Positions 28,960-39,860 of a stretch of 40,648 bases of DNA are shown one piece after another. Origin of the DNA: an uncultured Alphaproteobacteria bacterium (lineage in GTDB: Bacteria > Pseudomonadota > Alphaproteobacteria > Caulobacterales > Caulobacteraceae); contig CAIWHQ010000057.1 of the NCBI GenBank assembly GCA_903912465.1, forward strand, positions 1-40,648, given 5' to 3'. A program made the translations under genes and the position numbers. The notes under the pieces were generated by a model. The model made no database searches. It was not told the DNA's origin and saw only the letters and a program-made list of their open reading frames with translations. How positions within the stretch are numbered: the stretch's first letter is position 1; each line of letters begins with the position of its first letter.

Positions 28960-29712
28960 ATGAGCGACTTCAATCGCGGAGCGGCCCGTCCGGTTATCGT
29001 GGACCGCGCCGACATGGCCGTCGACGCCGGCCTGCGCCAGTTCATGCTCGGCGTTTACAACAAGGTGGCCCTGGGCCTGGTGGTCTCTGCGGCCATGGCC
29101 TGGCTGACCGGCATGTTCCCGCCGGTCCGAGACCTGATGTTCAAGGTCGCGGCGGATGGCCGCATGATGGGCATGACCCCCGTAGGCTTGATCGTCGCCT
29201 TCGCGCCCATGGCGATCATTCTGTTCACCAGCTTCGGTCGGGGCGGACAGACGCCCCGTGGCGCCGCCATCGCCTACTGGAGCATTGTGGTGCTGATGGG
29301 TGCCTCCATGGGTGTCCTGGCCCTCGTGTACACCGGCGCGGCCCTCGCCCAGACCTTCCTGATCACCGCAGCGGCCTTCGCCGGCCTGTCCGGGTTCGGT
29401 TACGTCACCAAGCGGGACCTTTCGGGTCTGGGCAGCTTCCTGATCGTCGGCCTGATCGGCCTGGTGATCGCGTCCCTGGTGAACATGTTCCTGAATCTGC
29501 CGATGATGAGCTTCATCATCAGCATTCTGGGCGTCTTCATCTTCGCGGGCCTGATCGCCTTCGACACCCAGCGTCTCAAGCTGATGTACTACGACCTTGG
29601 CGGCGACCAGGCCTCCACGGCCGTTGCCACCAACTTTGGGGCCCTCAGCCTGTACCTGAACTTCATCAACCTCTTCCAGTTCCTGCTGAGCCTGTTCGGC
29701 GACCGCCGCTAG
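28960..29712 (+). CDS. Bax inhibitor-1 / YccA family membrane protein
   Basis: DAGLRQFMLGVYN, GYVTKRDLS, AFDTQRLK, GALSLYLNFINLF; multiple TM segments. Confidence 0.92.
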   Translation: MSDFNRGAARPVIVDRADMAVDAGLRQFMLGVYNKVALGLVVSAAMAWLTGMFPPVRDLMFKVAADGRMMGMTPVGLIVAFAPMAIILFTSFGRGGQTPRGAAIAYWSIVVLMGASMGVLALVYTGAALAQTFLITAAAFAGLSGFGYVTKRDLSGLGSFLIVGLIGLVIASLVNMFLNLPMMSFIISILGVFIFAGLIAFDTQRLKLMYYDLGGDQASTAVATNFGALSLYLNFINLFQFLLSLFGDRR

Positions 29713-29741
29713 ACAGCTGGGATCTGACACCGGAATACTGA

Positions 29742-29770
29742 CCCCGGCGGGCGACCGCCGGGGCTTTTCT
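29742..29770 (+). terminator. Intrinsic terminator after the yccA-like gene
   Basis: CCCCGGCGG-GCGA-CCGCCGGGG then CTTTTCT. Confidence 0.8.
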
Positions 29771-29777
29771 ATGAGTC

Positions 29778-30113
29778 TCAGTCGACCACCCGAAAACGCC
29801 GGGAGTCGAAGAGGGTCAGGACCTGCGCCAGGTCGTGTCCGCGCTTGAGGATCATGCCACCCTCCCCGATCACCGCCCAGGCGCCTTGCTTGCGGGCCAT
29901 GGAGGGGCGCTTCTCGATCCGGTAGGCGGGCGCCTCGGAGGCGCGGCGGAAGACCGAGAAGACGCAGGCGTCCGGCAGGGGATCGATGGCGTAGTCCTTC
30001 CACTCCCCGGCGGCGACCATCCGGCCATAGAGGTTCAGGATTCGGGTGAACTCAGCCCGCTCGAAGAAGACGCGTCCTGGAGGACCGCCTGTGGGAAAGG
30101 GTTCCGCCGCCAT
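29778..30113 (-). CDS. DUF2794 family protein
   Basis: VFFERAEF..ILNLYGRMVAAGEWKDYAID..FSVFRRASEAPAYRIEKRP..LKRGHDL. Confidence 0.9.
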   Translation of the reverse strand: MAAEPFPTGGPPGRVFFERAEFTRILNLYGRMVAAGEWKDYAIDPLPDACVFSVFRRASEAPAYRIEKRPSMARKQGAWAVIGEGGMILKRGHDLAQVLTLFDSRRFRVVD

Positions 30114-30224
30114 GGGGGAAGGTTAGCCTCCCCGCGCCGTCCGGGGCAATCCTCGGGAACCGAGAGACCCCCGCCGCGAAATGACCTTATTTCGGACAAG
30201 TGCGCGCCAGATCCGCATCGGAAG

Positions 30225-30365
30225 GTGCAGTCGTCGGTTGGCCGGACCTGAGCTCCGGGTATCTGAACAGCCCCCCCAGCCCCCGCCCGGAGCCGGGCCG
30301 CCGGGCCAGCCGACACCCCTCCCCACATCGCAGGACGTCATCCCAGCCCTGTCTGAGAGCTCGGC
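30225..30365. ncRNA. Candidate structured small RNA (strand and ends uncertain)
   Basis: Stem GTCGGTTGGCC(30233-43)/GGCCAGCCGAC(30304-14), inner GCTCCGGG/CCCGGAGC, C-rich loop and adjacent CCCCTCCCC; no credible ORF. Confidence 0.5.
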
Positions 30366-31067
30366 CTATTTCCGGGACGGCGTGATCTTCGTCGCCGAGA
30401 GGATGCGACCGCCCTTGGGCGACTGAACGATCACCACGGTCGCCAGGCCCGGCTCGGTGGCGGCCGGGAGCCGCCAGGTCAGGGTCCGGCCTCGCCAGGA
30501 GCCGAGCCGCCTCAGCTCGCGGACGGCGTTGATGGCCACCACGGTCTGGCCGCGGTTATCGCCTCGGCGCACCTGGACGCTGCGGGGACGGGGATCATAT
30601 CGCACCATCCAGACCTCGGCACCGCCCTGGGGCGCCGCGCCGGACGCCACGCTGGCACTGTCCTCAGAGACGGTGATCCGCGGGCCCGCGGGCGCCTGGG
30701 CGGCCTTGGTGATCAGGGTCTCAAGCCGCTCGGCCTCGAGGGCCCCGGCCTCGCCCCGGCCCCCGACCACCGCCTGAGGCGTGTAGGGATCCTCGAGCTT
30801 GAAGCGGGATACGTAGGTCTTCTGGCGTACCACGAATTCCGGGCGGGCAAGAGTGTCCGTCCAGCCCAGGTAGTCCCAGTAGTCGACGTTGAAGGTCAGC
30901 GGCAGGACATCGCGGCGCGCGGCGAGGGCCTCCATGGCCGCCCCTGCGCCGGTGCAGGACCCACAGCCCTGGGCGGTATAGAGTTCGATCACGACCGGCG
31001 ACCGCGGCGCGGCCGAAGCCACGGCCGGCGACAGCATCAGCAGACAGGCGAACAGGGCTCCACGCAT
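30366..31067 (-). CDS. DUF1223 family secreted thioredoxin-like protein
   Basis: Signal peptide, VIELYTAQGCGSC, VDYWDYLGWTD, YTPQAVV; start ATG 31067. Confidence 0.9.
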   Translation of the reverse strand: MRGALFACLLMLSPAVASAAPRSPVVIELYTAQGCGSCTGAGAAMEALAARRDVLPLTFNVDYWDYLGWTDTLARPEFVVRQKTYVSRFKLEDPYTPQAVVGGRGEAGALEAERLETLITKAAQAPAGPRITVSEDSASVASGAAPQGGAEVWMVRYDPRPRSVQVRRGDNRGQTVVAINAVRELRRLGSWRGRTLTWRLPAATEPGLATVVIVQSPKGGRILSATKITPSRK

Positions 31068-31125
31068 AGGCCCGCACATAATCCCAGTTGTCTGGAGCGC
31101 CCGATCAAGAAGGCGTGAAACCCAC

Positions 31126-31156
31126 CCGCCGCGCCCCCTTTCCGGAGGCGCGGCGG
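31126..31156 (-). terminator. Hairpin downstream of acnA (possible terminator)
   Basis: CCGCCGCGCC...GGCGCGGCGG 10-bp inverted repeat; weak U tract. Confidence 0.45.
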
Positions 31157-31162
31157 CCGGGA

Positions 31163-33853
<2,691 letters not shown>

Positions 33854-34027
33854 GTCAGGGATCCTTCCTCTGTTCCGGACTGCACACAAATTGAACCGGA
33901 GATCGCGCACCAACACGGGCGGACACACAGCGTTCGCCCCGGCGCCGCGAACGTCCTCCGGGACGGGTGCGACCGCGGGCGTCATAGCCCTTCGGCGGGG
34001 CCGCGTCCATGCGCCGGCCGGGAGGAA

Positions 34028-34633
34028 GTGGTGACACTGGCCCTCAGGCTCCGGAACCTGTCCCTCTCCCGGGGGGGGCGGCGACTGTTTTCCGGCCTGC
34101 ACCTGCAGCTCGAGGGTGGGCAGGCCTGCGCCCTGACAGGCCCCAACGGCTCGGGGAAGACCAGTCTGCTGAGGGCCGTGGCGGGCCTGTGCGAGGCGGA
34201 CTCCGGGCAGATCGAGTTCGGCGGGACTGACCCGGGGACGGCGCGCGCCTCGGGCCTGCACCTCCTCGGCCACCTCGACGGCCTGAAGGCCTCGCGGACC
34301 GCCGGCGAGGAACTGGACTTCTGGACCCGCTGGCAGGGTGGGAGGCCCGAGGCCATGGAGGCGGCGGTCCTTCGCCTGGACCTCCACCGGCTGCTCGACC
34401 TCGAGGTCCGGCGTCTGTCGGCGGGGCAGAGGCGCCGCCTGGCCCTCGCGCGCCTATTATCGGCACCCCGGCTCCTCTGGCTTCTTGACGAACCGCTCAG
34501 CCCCCTCGACGCCCACTGGCGGGCCCAGGTCCTGGACATCATGGCCGGACACCTGGCCGGGGGCGGCCTGATCCTGGCCGCGGTGCATGACCCCCTGCCG
34601 GTGGCCACCGTCGTCCTGGAGATCGCCCCGTGA
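34028..34633 (+). CDS. ccmA: Heme ABC exporter ATP-binding protein CcmA
   Basis: [39 protein letters not shown]. Confidence 0.93.
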   Translation: MVTLALRLRNLSLSRGGRRLFSGLHLQLEGGQACALTGPNGSGKTSLLRAVAGLCEADSGQIEFGGTDPGTARASGLHLLGHLDGLKASRTAGEELDFWTRWQGGRPEAMEAAVLRLDLHRLLDLEVRRLSAGQRRRLALARLLSAPRLLWLLDEPLSPLDAHWRAQVLDIMAGHLAGGGLILAAVHDPLPVATVVLEIAP

Positions 34634-35295
34634 ACCCCGCCCTCGGACTCCTGCGCCGGGAAATCGCCATCGCCTGGGGGCGGGGCGGCGGCCTCATGGT
34701 GACGGGCGGCTTCTTCGCCGGGGCGACCCTCCTCCTGCCCCTTGCCTCGGGACCCGAACCAGAGCGGCTGGCCCAGATCGCGCCGGGCGCGGCCTGGACG
34801 GTCCTGGCCCTTTCCGCCCTCCTCGGCCTCGAACGGCTGTTCGAGCGGGACTATGAGGACGGGGCCCTGGACCTGATGGCCCACGCCAGCCTGCCGCTGG
34901 AGTTCACCTGCGCCCTGAAGTGCCTCGGGCATTGGCTGGCCACGGGCGCACCCCTGGCGGTCCTGGCCCCCCTGGCGGCGATCGCCCTGGGGGCCTCGCC
35001 GGCCCTCGCACCCCTGCTGTTCGCCTGTGCCCTGGCGGGGGGGCTGGCCTTCGCCTTCACCGGTGGGATCGGGGCGGCCCTCAGCCTGGGCGCCCGGCGT
35101 GGCGGGCTTCTGACCGCCGTCATTGTCCTGCCCCTCTTCGTACCGCCGGTGATCTTCGGCGGCGGTGCCCTTCACGCCTTTGACTCCGGCCTGCCCTGGC
35201 GCGCCGGCTTCGCTCTGCTCAGTGCCTACGCCGCAGCGGCGGTTGCGCTGGGCCCCCTCGCCATGGCGGCGGCCTGCCGTAACGCCCTGTCCTGA
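34630..35295 (+). CDS. ccmB: Heme exporter protein CcmB
   Basis: [32 protein letters not shown]; 4-nt overlap with ccmA. Confidence 0.94.
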   Translation: MNPALGLLRREIAIAWGRGGGLMVTGGFFAGATLLLPLASGPEPERLAQIAPGAAWTVLALSALLGLERLFERDYEDGALDLMAHASLPLEFTCALKCLGHWLATGAPLAVLAPLAAIALGASPALAPLLFACALAGGLAFAFTGGIGAALSLGARRGGLLTAVIVLPLFVPPVIFGGGALHAFDSGLPWRAGFALLSAYAAAAVALGPLAMAAACRNALS

Positions 35296-35376
35296 AGCCC
35301 CTCTGCCGGGGCCTGCGCCGGAAACGGCGTCAAGGCGCGTTTGTGGTCTCAAGGGGTGCATCCCAGGAGCACAGAC

Positions 35377-35880
35377 ATGACCAGATCCAAACTCGCCGCC
35401 GCAGGCATCGCTGCCGTGATCGGCCTCGCCACCGCGGGCGCAAGCCTTGCCCAGTCCCCGCCTCCGGGCGGTCCGCCGGCCGGAGCCATGCGCATGATGC
35501 GGGCGGAGGGGCCCAATCCCGAGGCCCGGGCCCAGCGCCTCCGCGACATCCTGCAGCTGACTCCCGCCCAGGAGCCAGCCCTGAAGGCCTTCCTCGAAGT
35601 CCGGAAGCCACCGGCGGCGCCTGCGCGTCCCCAGGCGGGCGCCAAGGCCCTGACGACGCCCGAGCGCCTGGACCGGCAGCGAACCCGCATGGTGGAGCGC
35701 CTTGCGGCCTTCGACCGCCGCGCCGGGGCCACCCGGACCTTCTACGCCCAGCTGACGCCTTCCCAGAAGAAGGCCTTCGACGCGCTTCCCCAGGAGGGCG
35801 GCGGACACCGGGAGATCCGAATCGAGCGCCGGATGATGGGCCCCGGTGGCGCACCCATGGAGCACGACGGTCCGGAATAG
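35377..35880 (+). CDS. Spy/CpxP (LTXXQ motif) family periplasmic protein
   Basis: Signal peptide, LQLTPAQEPA and FYAQLTPSQKKAFD, TTPERLD; CAGGAG RBS. Confidence 0.85.
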   Translation: MTRSKLAAAGIAAVIGLATAGASLAQSPPPGGPPAGAMRMMRAEGPNPEARAQRLRDILQLTPAQEPALKAFLEVRKPPAAPARPQAGAKALTTPERLDRQRTRMVERLAAFDRRAGATRTFYAQLTPSQKKAFDALPQEGGGHREIRIERRMMGPGGAPMEHDGPE

Positions 35881-35947
35881 CCCGCCGGAACCCTGCACCG
35901 GCGGCTTTCCGTTGCCGCCGGCGCAGACCGGGGCTAAGGGGCGGGGC

Positions 35948-36673
35948 ATGACGCAGGCCCTCGCCTTCCTCTACAACCCGCACCGCTTCATGGCCTTCTC
36001 GGCCTGGGCCGCGCCGCTTCTCGGCACCCTCGCCCTCGGCCTTGCCGCGGCCGGGCTCTGGATGGGCTTCACCGCTCCCGAGGACTACCAGCAGGGCGAT
36101 ACCGTGAGGATCATGTTCATCCATGTCCCCGCGGCCTGGATGGGCCTCTTTGTCTACCTCTGCCTGGGCGGCGCCAGCTTCCTCTCGCTGGTTTTTCGCC
36201 AGGCCCTGGCCGATGCCGCCGCCCGCGCCGCAGCGCCCCTGGGGGCGGTCTTCACCGGCCTGGCCCTGGCCACGGGTTCGCTCTGGGGAAAGCCCATGTG
36301 GGGCACCTGGTGGGTCTGGGATGCGCGGCTGACCAGCGTCTTCGTCCTCTTCCTCTTCTACCTCGCCTACATGGCCCTTCGCGCCGCCATTGACGACGAG
36401 GCCAAGGGCGCCCGAGCGGCCGCCATCCTGGCCCTGGTGGGCCTGGTCAACGTGCCCGTAGTGCACTGGTCGGTAGAGTGGTGGAACACCCTGCACCAGG
36501 GCCGGACGGTCTTCGCGGCCGGCGGATCCCGGGCGGCGAGCGTCTTCCTGGTCCCCTTGTTCCTGATGAGCCTGTCCTACATGGCCGGCTTCGGCTCGCT
36601 CTGGCTGGTGCGGATCCGCGGCGAGGTCTGGCGCCGCCGGGCCGCCGCCGCCGAGGCCCGGCTCGCGAGATGA
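35948..36673 (+). CDS. ccmC: Heme exporter protein CcmC
   Basis: DYQQGDTVRIMFIHVP, WWD motif WGKPMWGTWWVWDARLT, WWNTLHQ. Confidence 0.96.
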   Translation: MTQALAFLYNPHRFMAFSAWAAPLLGTLALGLAAAGLWMGFTAPEDYQQGDTVRIMFIHVPAAWMGLFVYLCLGGASFLSLVFRQALADAAARAAAPLGAVFTGLALATGSLWGKPMWGTWWVWDARLTSVFVLFLFYLAYMALRAAIDDEAKGARAAAILALVGLVNVPVVHWSVEWWNTLHQGRTVFAAGGSRAASVFLVPLFLMSLSYMAGFGSLWLVRIRGEVWRRRAAAAEARLAR

Positions 36674-36676
36674 CCC

Positions 36677-36856
36677 ATGCTTGACCTCGATCCCGGCGAA
36701 TACGGCCTCTACATCTGGACGGCCTACGGCCTGAGCGCTGCGGGCATGGCCTGGCTGGCGGCATCCAGCCTGGCCTTTGCCCGGCGCTGGCGTCGGCGGG
36801 CGGAGTCCCTCGAGGCCCGGGCGGCGGGCGAGGATAGCGCAGGCGGGCGCCCGTGA
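36677..36856 (+). CDS. ccmD: Heme exporter protein CcmD (59 aa; absent from the ORF track)
   Basis: Manual translation MLDLDPGEYGLYIWTAYGLSAAGMAWLAASSLAFARRWRRRAESLE..; Y-x-W-x-AYG motif, one TM, basic tail; GTGA overlap with ccmG. Confidence 0.88.
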   Translation: MLDLDPGEYGLYIWTAYGLSAAGMAWLAASSLAFARRWRRRAESLEARAAGEDSAGGRP

Positions 36857-37368
36857 AACGCCTGGCTGCCTTCGCCCCGGTGGCCATCCTTGTGGCGCTC
36901 GGCCTGCTCTTCGCCCTGTTCGGGCTCCGGCATGACCCCAAGTTCCTGCCCAGGGCCCTGGTCGGAAAGCCAGTCCCGGAGGTTGTGCTTCCGACCCTGG
37001 CCGACGGCCTGCCCGACACCCTGTCGGACCCCGGTGGGCGGCCCTACCTGGTCAATGTCTTCGCCTCCTGGTGCGCGCCCTGCGAGATCGAGGCGCCCAT
37101 CCTGGTGGAACTGAAGGCCCGCGGCGTGCGCATTGTCGGGGTGGCCTACAAGGACGACCCGGAAAAGACCCGGGCCTTCCTCGGCAGGACGGGGGATCCC
37201 TATGCCAGGGTCCTCGTGGACCAGGAGGGCCGGGCGGGGATCGAGCTGGGAATCTCCGGCGTGCCCGAGACCTATCTTGTCGATGGCTCAGGGCGGATCC
37301 TCGACAAGATCTCCGCCCCCCTTACCGAGGCGGACGCTGCCCGCCTGCTCGCGCGTCTGCAACGTTAA
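36853..37368 (+). CDS. ccmG: Thiol:disulfide interchange protein CcmG/DsbE
   Basis: N-terminal TM, LVNVFASWCAPC, YKD, GVPETYLVD. Confidence 0.93.
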   Translation: MKRLAAFAPVAILVALGLLFALFGLRHDPKFLPRALVGKPVPEVVLPTLADGLPDTLSDPGGRPYLVNVFASWCAPCEIEAPILVELKARGVRIVGVAYKDDPEKTRAFLGRTGDPYARVLVDQEGRAGIELGISGVPETYLVDGSGRILDKISAPLTEADAARLLARLQR

Positions 37369-37410
37369 CCTTTCCTGAACCGGGCGCCTTGAGGGTCAGG
37401 GTCCGTTAAC
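37365..37410 (+). promoter_or_regulatory. Two imperfect CtrA-box-like sites upstream of a small ORF
   Basis: TTAA-N7-TGAAC (37365-80) and GTCA-N7-TTAAC (37395-410) versus consensus TTAA-N7-TTAAC. Confidence 0.5.
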
Positions 37411-37427
37411 CCTGTTTCGAGGCCTCC

Positions 37428-37676
37428 ATGGTCACCCCTCTGCGCCCGGGCCCGCCCCAGATCCCCACCGAAAGGTCCCTCCGTCTCCCCGAGGGTGCCC
37501 GGGTGCCCGTCCAGGGGCGCGCAGACCTGAGGCCGGAGCCGGGTCAGGCCATCCGCACCCCGGCTCAGGGCCTCTCGCCAGCGACAGCGGCACAGGACGG
37601 GAGGGCGGCGGCGCCGGACCCCGCCGCGCCCGTGCGGATGGCCCGCCCCGGGTCCCTCGTCGATATCCGGATCTAG
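37428..37676 (+). CDS. Small hypothetical protein (82 aa, C-terminal RPGSLVDIRI)
   Basis: GAGG before ATG; fills the gap between ccmG and the repeat; Pro/Ala-rich. Confidence 0.6.
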   Translation: MVTPLRPGPPQIPTERSLRLPEGARVPVQGRADLRPEPGQAIRTPAQGLSPATAAQDGRAAAPDPAAPVRMARPGSLVDIRI

Positions 37677-37789
37677 ATCCTGTTCCGATAACTGGGAACC
37701 GGTTGTCGGATCGAACCAGGCTCTAGCTCTATGGGCATGGAGGCTGTTTTACCCCTTCAGACGGTCCGTCTGAAGGGAACAGGCTCTAG
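37673..37789 (+). repeat. 117-bp bipartite palindromic intergenic repeat, copy A (CIR/RIME-like, MITE-like)
   Basis: CTAG at both ends; two hairpin arms including perfect CCCTTCAGACG-GTC-CGTCTGAAGGG; ~84% identical to the reverse complement of 39861-39977. Confidence 0.88.
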
Positions 37790-38310
37790 GCTCCGGACTT
37801 CTTCGACTTCTTCGACTTCTTTTTTGTCTTCCCACCGGACTTGCCCGCAGGTTCCGCCGCAGGGGCTACCGGGGTTACGGCGATCAGTCGTCCCAGGTCC
37901 TTGAGGAATCGGGCGCGCTTGTCCTCGGGCAGGCGGCCCAGCAGAGCCTGGTCCACTTCGGCTGCGGCGGGACGGACGGCCTCGAGGCGTTCGCGGCCTG
38001 CCTCCGTCAACCGGACCTGCTTGGCGCGGGCGTCCGTGGTGGACCGGCTGCGCTCCAGAAGGCCCCGCTCGGCCAGCCGCGCCACAAGCTCGGCCAGGGT
38101 CGAGCGGTCCACTCCGGTGGCGGCGACCAGTTGGGACTGGGTGGCACCATCCTCGGCTGCGACGGCTTCGAGGATCGCATGCTGGCGAGGTGTCAGGGCT
38201 CCCGGGCCGGCGATCCCGGCATGCAGCTCGGCGGCCGTCTGCACGGCGCGGTGCAGCATCCGGCTGATGGAGGGCACTGCCCCGTCTTCAGGGCTGGGTT
38301 TTTTCGGCAT
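37786..38310 (-). CDS. MarR family transcriptional regulator
   Basis: LTPRQHAIL, TQSQLVAATGVDRSTLAELVARL..GLLER..DARAKQVRLTEAG; Lys-rich tail. Confidence 0.92.
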   Translation of the reverse strand: MPKKPSPEDGAVPSISRMLHRAVQTAAELHAGIAGPGALTPRQHAILEAVAAEDGATQSQLVAATGVDRSTLAELVARLAERGLLERSRSTTDARAKQVRLTEAGRERLEAVRPAAAEVDQALLGRLPEDKRARFLKDLGRLIAVTPVAPAAEPAGKSGGKTKKKSKKSKKSGA

Positions 38311-38324
38311 GGCGGCGCTCCGTT

Positions 38325-38912
38325 TTATTCCACCGGCGGGGGTGGGGTCTCCTCGGATTTGGCATAACGCAGGATCAGGGGTGCCTGGGCCAAGCCGAAT
38401 GCGACGTGGATAAGGCTCGATCCCGGAAAACGGAAGGCCAGCCAGACGCCCTCGGTCTGGGTCCGCCAGATGGCTTCATTCACCCCCGCCATGACAAGGA
38501 AAAAGACGCCATAGCGCAGGGTCAGGCGCCTCCAGCCCTCGTCGGGCAAGGGCAGGCTTGAGCCCAGCAGCATCTTCAGGAAGTTCCGCCCGGTCGCGAG
38601 GCCGCCCAGCAGCAGCAGGCCGAAGGCGAGGGAGGTCACCGTGGGCTTGACGTAGATGAACCGCGGATCGTGGAAGACCAGGGTCAACAGGCCGAAGACC
38701 AGGGCCAGGACCCCGGCGGCCAGGGGCATGGGGGCGATCCGCCGCTCGAGGATGTAGCCGGTCACCAGAGCGATGGCCGCGCCAGCCACCAGGCCCCAGC
38801 TGGCCAGGACCATGTCCCGGGTGATGACGTAGCCGATGACCAGGCCCAGGGGCCAGCCGAAGTCCACGAGGCTGGAGATCCAGCGGCGCGCGCCGCTTCT
38901 GCCTTCCGGCAT
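38325..38912 (-). CDS. ispZ: Inner membrane protein YciB / septation protein IspZ
   Basis: FGLLTLVFHDPRFIYVKPT, W..LTLRYGVFF..NEAIWR..WLAFR; downstream of ftsY. Confidence 0.88.
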   Translation of the reverse strand: MPEGRSGARRWISSLVDFGWPLGLVIGYVITRDMVLASWGLVAGAAIALVTGYILERRIAPMPLAAGVLALVFGLLTLVFHDPRFIYVKPTVTSLAFGLLLLGGLATGRNFLKMLLGSSLPLPDEGWRRLTLRYGVFFLVMAGVNEAIWRTQTEGVWLAFRFPGSSLIHVAFGLAQAPLILRYAKSEETPPPPVE

Positions 38913-38915
38913 GGC

Positions 38916-39851
38916 TCAGCCCTCCCCGAGGCCGACGACAGTCCGCGCGAAGGCGCGGGCGTCAAAGGGTTGCAGGTCCTCGATTCCCTCGCCCACACCG
39001 ATCAGCTTGATCGGCGAGTCCGAGGCCTGGGCCACAGGCACCAGGACGCCGCCCCGGGCCGTGCCGTCCAGCTTGGTCATGACGATGCCGCTGACCCCGA
39101 TCTGGTTGCCGAAGATATTCTCCTGCGCCAGGGCGTTGCGACCCACCGTGGCGTCCAGAACCAGAAGGGTCTCGTGCGGGGCGTCGGGATCGACCTTCTT
39201 GATCACCCGGATCACCTTGAGCAACTCGTCCATGAGCCCCTGCTTGTTCTGCAGCCGGCCCGCCGTGTCGATCAGCACCACGTCATGGCCCTCGGCGCGG
39301 GCCCGTTCGATGGCGTCGTAGGCCAGCCCGGCGGCGTCAGACCCCGTCGGACGACTCATGAAGTCGGCGCCGGCCCGTTCCGCCCAGACCTTGAGCTGCT
39401 CGACGGCCGCGGCGCGGAAAGTGTCGCCGGCCACCACGAGGACCCGGGCGCCCCGTCCCTTCAGGTCAGCGGCGATCTTGCCCAGGGTGGTCGTCTTGCC
39501 CGAACCGTTGACCCCGATGAACAGGACCACGTAGGGCCGGGGGCCGGACAGGGGATCGAACCGGCCCTCATGCCCCTCCAGTTCGTCGGCGATGGCCTCG
39601 GACAGGGCCTCCAGGACCTCGGCCTCGTCCACCGCCTTGCCGAACCGGGTCGCGGCGAAGGCTTCGGTGATCCGCGCCGCGGACTTCGGGCCCAGGTCGG
39701 CCTCGATCAGCATCTCTTCCAGGGCATCCAGCCGGGCCTGGTCAAGGGGCTGGCGCGTCAAGGTCGACGCCACCTGCTCGGTCAGGGCGCGGGAGGTCCG
39801 GGCAAGGCCGCCCGTGAGCCTCTGGAACCAGCCTGTCTTCGGTTCAGTCAT
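38916..39851 (-). CDS. ftsY: Signal recognition particle-docking protein FtsY (NG domain only)
   Basis: GVNGSGKTTT, GDTFRAAA, DTAGRLQN, TKLDGTARGG, GVGEGIEDL. Confidence 0.97.
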   Translation of the reverse strand: MTEPKTGWFQRLTGGLARTSRALTEQVASTLTRQPLDQARLDALEEMLIEADLGPKSAARITEAFAATRFGKAVDEAEVLEALSEAIADELEGHEGRFDPLSGPRPYVVLFIGVNGSGKTTTLGKIAADLKGRGARVLVVAGDTFRAAAVEQLKVWAERAGADFMSRPTGSDAAGLAYDAIERARAEGHDVVLIDTAGRLQNKQGLMDELLKVIRVIKKVDPDAPHETLLVLDATVGRNALAQENIFGNQIGVSGIVMTKLDGTARGGVLVPVAQASDSPIKLIGVGEGIEDLQPFDARAFARTVVGLGEG

Positions 39852-39860
39852 GCAGGGCTT

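Noticed and set aside
30123-30426. Small ORFs in the DUF2794-DUF1223 gap
   Set aside because: Low-complexity G/P-rich translations, no RBS; better explained by RNA structure
33969-33983. RegA/RegR-box-like GCGAC-N5-GCGTC between acnA and ccmA
   Set aside because: Partial match to a GC-rich motif, not significant at this GC content
33854-34387. N-terminal extension of AcnA in the ORF track (1074 aa)
   Set aside because: Real start is ATG 33853 with an RBS; the extension overlaps ccmA. Similar over-extensions were rejected for aroA, mscL, trxA, GT4, the hydrolase and DUF1223
33982-36496. Long minus-strand ORFs (655 aa and 388 aa)
   Set aside because: Antisense shadows of ccmAB, the Spy-like gene and ccmC
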